DNA from: a bacterium
GTDB taxonomy: Bacteria; Patescibacteriota; Andersenbacteria; UBA10190; CAIZMI01
Assembly (NCBI GenBank): GCA_030647555.1
Contig: JAUSJG010000004.1
Coordinates: forward strand, 36,661 to 100,660
Reading direction: 5' to 3'
Length of the DNA stretch: 64,000 bases
Notes under the pieces: model-generated
What the model was told of the DNA's origin: nothing
Database searches by the model: none
The model's input: only the letters and a program-made list of their open reading frames with translations
Shown here: positions 61,687-64,000 of the stretch, piece after piece
Layout: each line of letters begins with the position of its first letter
Position numbering within the stretch: position 1 is the stretch's first letter
Made by a program: the position numbers and the translations under genes

Positions 61687-62703
61687 TTATTTAGCCTGTA
61701 TTCTCCGTTTCGCGTACTGTGACCCCACTAGCACAAATACCACCAACCCCACACTAAAAATCACGAACAAAATAATCTTATTCTGCGTTTGTAGGATTAC
61801 GGCTGCCAATCCAAGCAAAACGGAACAACCGGTATAAATCGCCAAAATCACCCGATCAGAAAGACCCCGACGTTTCAATCTGTGGTGCAGATGTGTTAAG
61901 TCACCGCGAAATGGCGAGTGGCCTCGGCGTAATCGCCCAATCACCACAATTAACGCGTCAATCAGCGGTACCGCGCCCACCACGGCTGTTGTGGCCACTT
62001 TCGTTGCGCCCTGAATAGCTAAGATTGCAATCAAAAAGCCTAAAAACCATGATCCCACTGTTCCCAAAAACAGCTTCGCCGGAGGCAAATTCCAAAACAA
62101 AAAACCGGCGATAGCCACTGTTGCGGCAAAGGCGGCAACGGCAGTTCTTTGATCGTTTACTTGCGGTAAAACACTCACAAAACCGATTGTGATAAAGGCC
62201 ACACCTGTAACCGAGCCGGCCAAACCATCCAAACCATCCATAAAATTTATAACATTCATCATCGCGACAATCCAAAAAACAGCTAAAATATCCCCAATAA
62301 ATAACGTGCCGAAAATTGGCGCGTTGTTGAAACTGATAACTCCGCCAAAAGGATTTGTAATATAGTCGATGCCTAATTTTCCCCAATAAACGGCAATAAT
62401 GGCAATAATAATCTGCGCGATGAGTTGGAAAAAAGGATCCAGTGCTCGACGTGAATCCCAAAGACCGACAATCAGAATAAGTAAAGTCGCGAAAATAAAC
62501 GGCTGTAACGTATCTTTGCTTATAAAACCAAACAACAACGCGGCACACCACCACGCTACCATAATTGCCAACCCGCCTATTCTCGGCATTTTATTTTCAT
62601 TCGCGTATACAAACAGTGCGCCGTACTTTGCGCACAATTTTGCAAAAACCATTGCAATCACAAAAACTATTAGAAAAAGCAATGGCGAAGTCCAGTCAAG
62701 CAT
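61687..62703 (-). CDS. WecA/TagO-type polyprenyl-phosphate GlcNAc-1-P transferase (MraY superfamily)
   Basis: PRIGGLA, NFMDGLDGLA, NLPPAKLFLG, HLHHRL. Confidence 0.9.
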   Translation of the reverse strand: MLDWTSPLLFLIVFVIAMVFAKLCAKYGALFVYANENKMPRIGGLAIMVAWWCAALLFGFISKDTLQPFIFATLLILIVGLWDSRRALDPFFQLIAQIIIAIIAVYWGKLGIDYITNPFGGVISFNNAPIFGTLFIGDILAVFWIVAMMNVINFMDGLDGLAGSVTGVAFITIGFVSVLPQVNDQRTAVAAFAATVAIAGFLFWNLPPAKLFLGTVGSWFLGFLIAILAIQGATKVATTAVVGAVPLIDALIVVIGRLRRGHSPFRGDLTHLHHRLKRRGLSDRVILAIYTGCSVLLGLAAVILQTQNKIILFVIFSVGLVVFVLVGSQYAKRRIQAK

Positions 62704-64000
62704 TTAGGTTTTAATTTTGCCACGCGTCTTCTCGGTCACCCAAAAACCGAGTGGCTTGCCAATCATCATTCGCGTTTGCGCGTCGAGTGCTGGAAAACTA
62801 CCCAAAATTGAGGCGATAAACGGCACCAACGCCCACTGCAGAACCATGTAAACATATTTTCTTTTTGGTGTCCCTGCCGGGGCGGGTGGTAAAAGCAAGA
62901 AAGTTAAGGTCATTGTTACAATCAAGCCACCCATCGCCAGTGACGCCAGAGCGCGTGTTACGTAAGGCAAATTATATGCCAATACCGTTTGATGAAACTC
63001 CGGATTGCCATATAGCACCGGTATCCAACCCAGGACAGCGATAATAATCGACGATGTCGCCCATGAATGATTGCCTTCAAAAATCAAAAATAAAGATTTC
63101 AAACGTCGACGAATTGAAATATTTTTTACGCGTCTAAAATTAAACGCCAAAAAAGGAAAGTTCTCAATTCCCCACGCCCAACGTCTTTTTTGCTTATACT
63201 GATTTACAAACGTTCGCCAAAGCGTCGGTGCCAGGGTGGCGTCCATTGAAACGTTGGTAAAAAGAGGGACGGTGCGGTATTTTCCGCCGTAATGCAAAAA
63301 ACACTGCCAAAAAATGCGCGAATCCTCGGACACTACGTTTACCGACCAAAATCCAACATCCACCAGTGCCTTAAAACTCATCGAATGTGACGAAAAAGTC
63401 ACCAAGCGCTCCGGACGTACCGCTTCAATCATCTGCCAAAAACTGGAATTAATCGCGATTACACGGGTAAACGATGGCGCGTCCCAGATATTATTATGAT
63501 AAAGAGGTAACGGCTGATAACTGCATTGCGTGCGATCCGCGTTGGTAATATAGGCATAAGTCAAATAATTAAAATATTCCCGACCAACGCAAGTGTCGCT
63601 GTCAAAATTGGAAATAACCACTTTTTCGTACGCGATAAATTCCTTATCAAAAATTTCTTTTACTTTTTTCACCGCCCACGTGGCATTAGCGCTTTTCACG
63701 CGTTGCTCGCCGGGAATGCCGTCCGGATGAAGCGTGGTAATCAATCGACCAAACGCATCACCATAGTATTCCTCAATTTGTTTTTTTGTTTTTAAGGCGT
63801 GTTCGCCGGCGCGTTCCTCAAAAGCCATCGCCACCCACAAGCGTTCACGGGGGAAATTAGTTTCTTTTAAATGATCCATTGTTGTTTTAAGTACCTCAAA
63901 AGATTCTTTGTAGGTTGGAATCACCACCAAATTAATAATCTCGCGCCAATCCGGCATTTGCACGTTTTCTTTTTTAATGCGTTTTAGGTCTTCCAGAAAA
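62704..64000 (-). CDS. membrane glycosyltransferase family 2 (5'-truncated by window)
   Basis: IPTYKE, FDSD, SEDSR, QKRRWAWG (QxxRW); frame open to the window edge. Confidence 0.88.
   Translation of the reverse strand, partial: FLEDLKRIKKENVQMPDWREIINLVVIPTYKESFEVLKTTMDHLKETNFPRERLWVAMAFEERAGEHALKTKKQIEEYYGDAFGRLITTLHPDGIPGEQRVKSANATWAVKKVKEIFDKEFIAYEKVVISNFDSDTCVGREYFNYLTYAYITNADRTQCSYQPLPLYHNNIWDAPSFTRVIAINSSFWQMIEAVRPERLVTFSSHSMSFKALVDVGFWSVNVVSEDSRIFWQCFLHYGGKYRTVPLFTNVSMDATLAPTLWRTFVNQYKQKRRWAWGIENFPFLAFNFRRVKNISIRRRLKSLFLIFEGNHSWATSSIIIAVLGWIPVLYGNPEFHQTVLAYNLPYVTRALASLAMGGLIVTMTLTFLLLPPAPAGTPKRKYVYMVLQWALVPFIASILGSFPALDAQTRMMIGKPLGFWVTEKTRGKIKT

Overview
This is AT-rich, gene-dense bacterial chromosomal DNA using the standard genetic code. 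Gene content points to Patescibacteria/CPR: Walker-A-less PriA, Ada-type metal-binding membrane protein, Trm11-like methylase and a GAGC lipoprotein (inference); L9 is present. Housekeeping genes: fmt, def, priA, gltX, rpmA, pyrG, rplI, ctpA, aspS, tRNA-Lys(UUU), hrcA-grpE-dnaK-dnaJ with CIRCE, corA, cysS, dnaB, recR and rplU. A surface-glycan cluster (9.4-18.7 kb) carries a carbamoyltransferase and a B12-type radical SAM enzyme. A lone Xer recombinase has a dif-like 11-6-11 site directly upstream, where strand bias appears to flip (probable terminus). A defence island (22-34.5 kb) holds a Panacea/RelE TA pair and a coupled five-gene operon: PLD-SNF2 helicase, N6-adenine MTase, two PD-(D/E)xK nucleases and a tiny CxxCxxC protein. 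Intergenic DNA is unusually structured. It includes a ~515-nt multi-domain RNA candidate upstream of aspS, two promoter-terminator sRNA candidates (one before an NYN-like remnant), and a structured leader over the dnaB start. It also includes a 20-aa Lys/Ala peptide gene with strong expression signals, two TTA-flanked MITE copies, 7-nt-periodic inverted repeats and several REP families. Many genes look leaderless, and three orphan cassettes share a promoter-spacer motif. All calls come from reading the sequence; no searches or folding programs were run.
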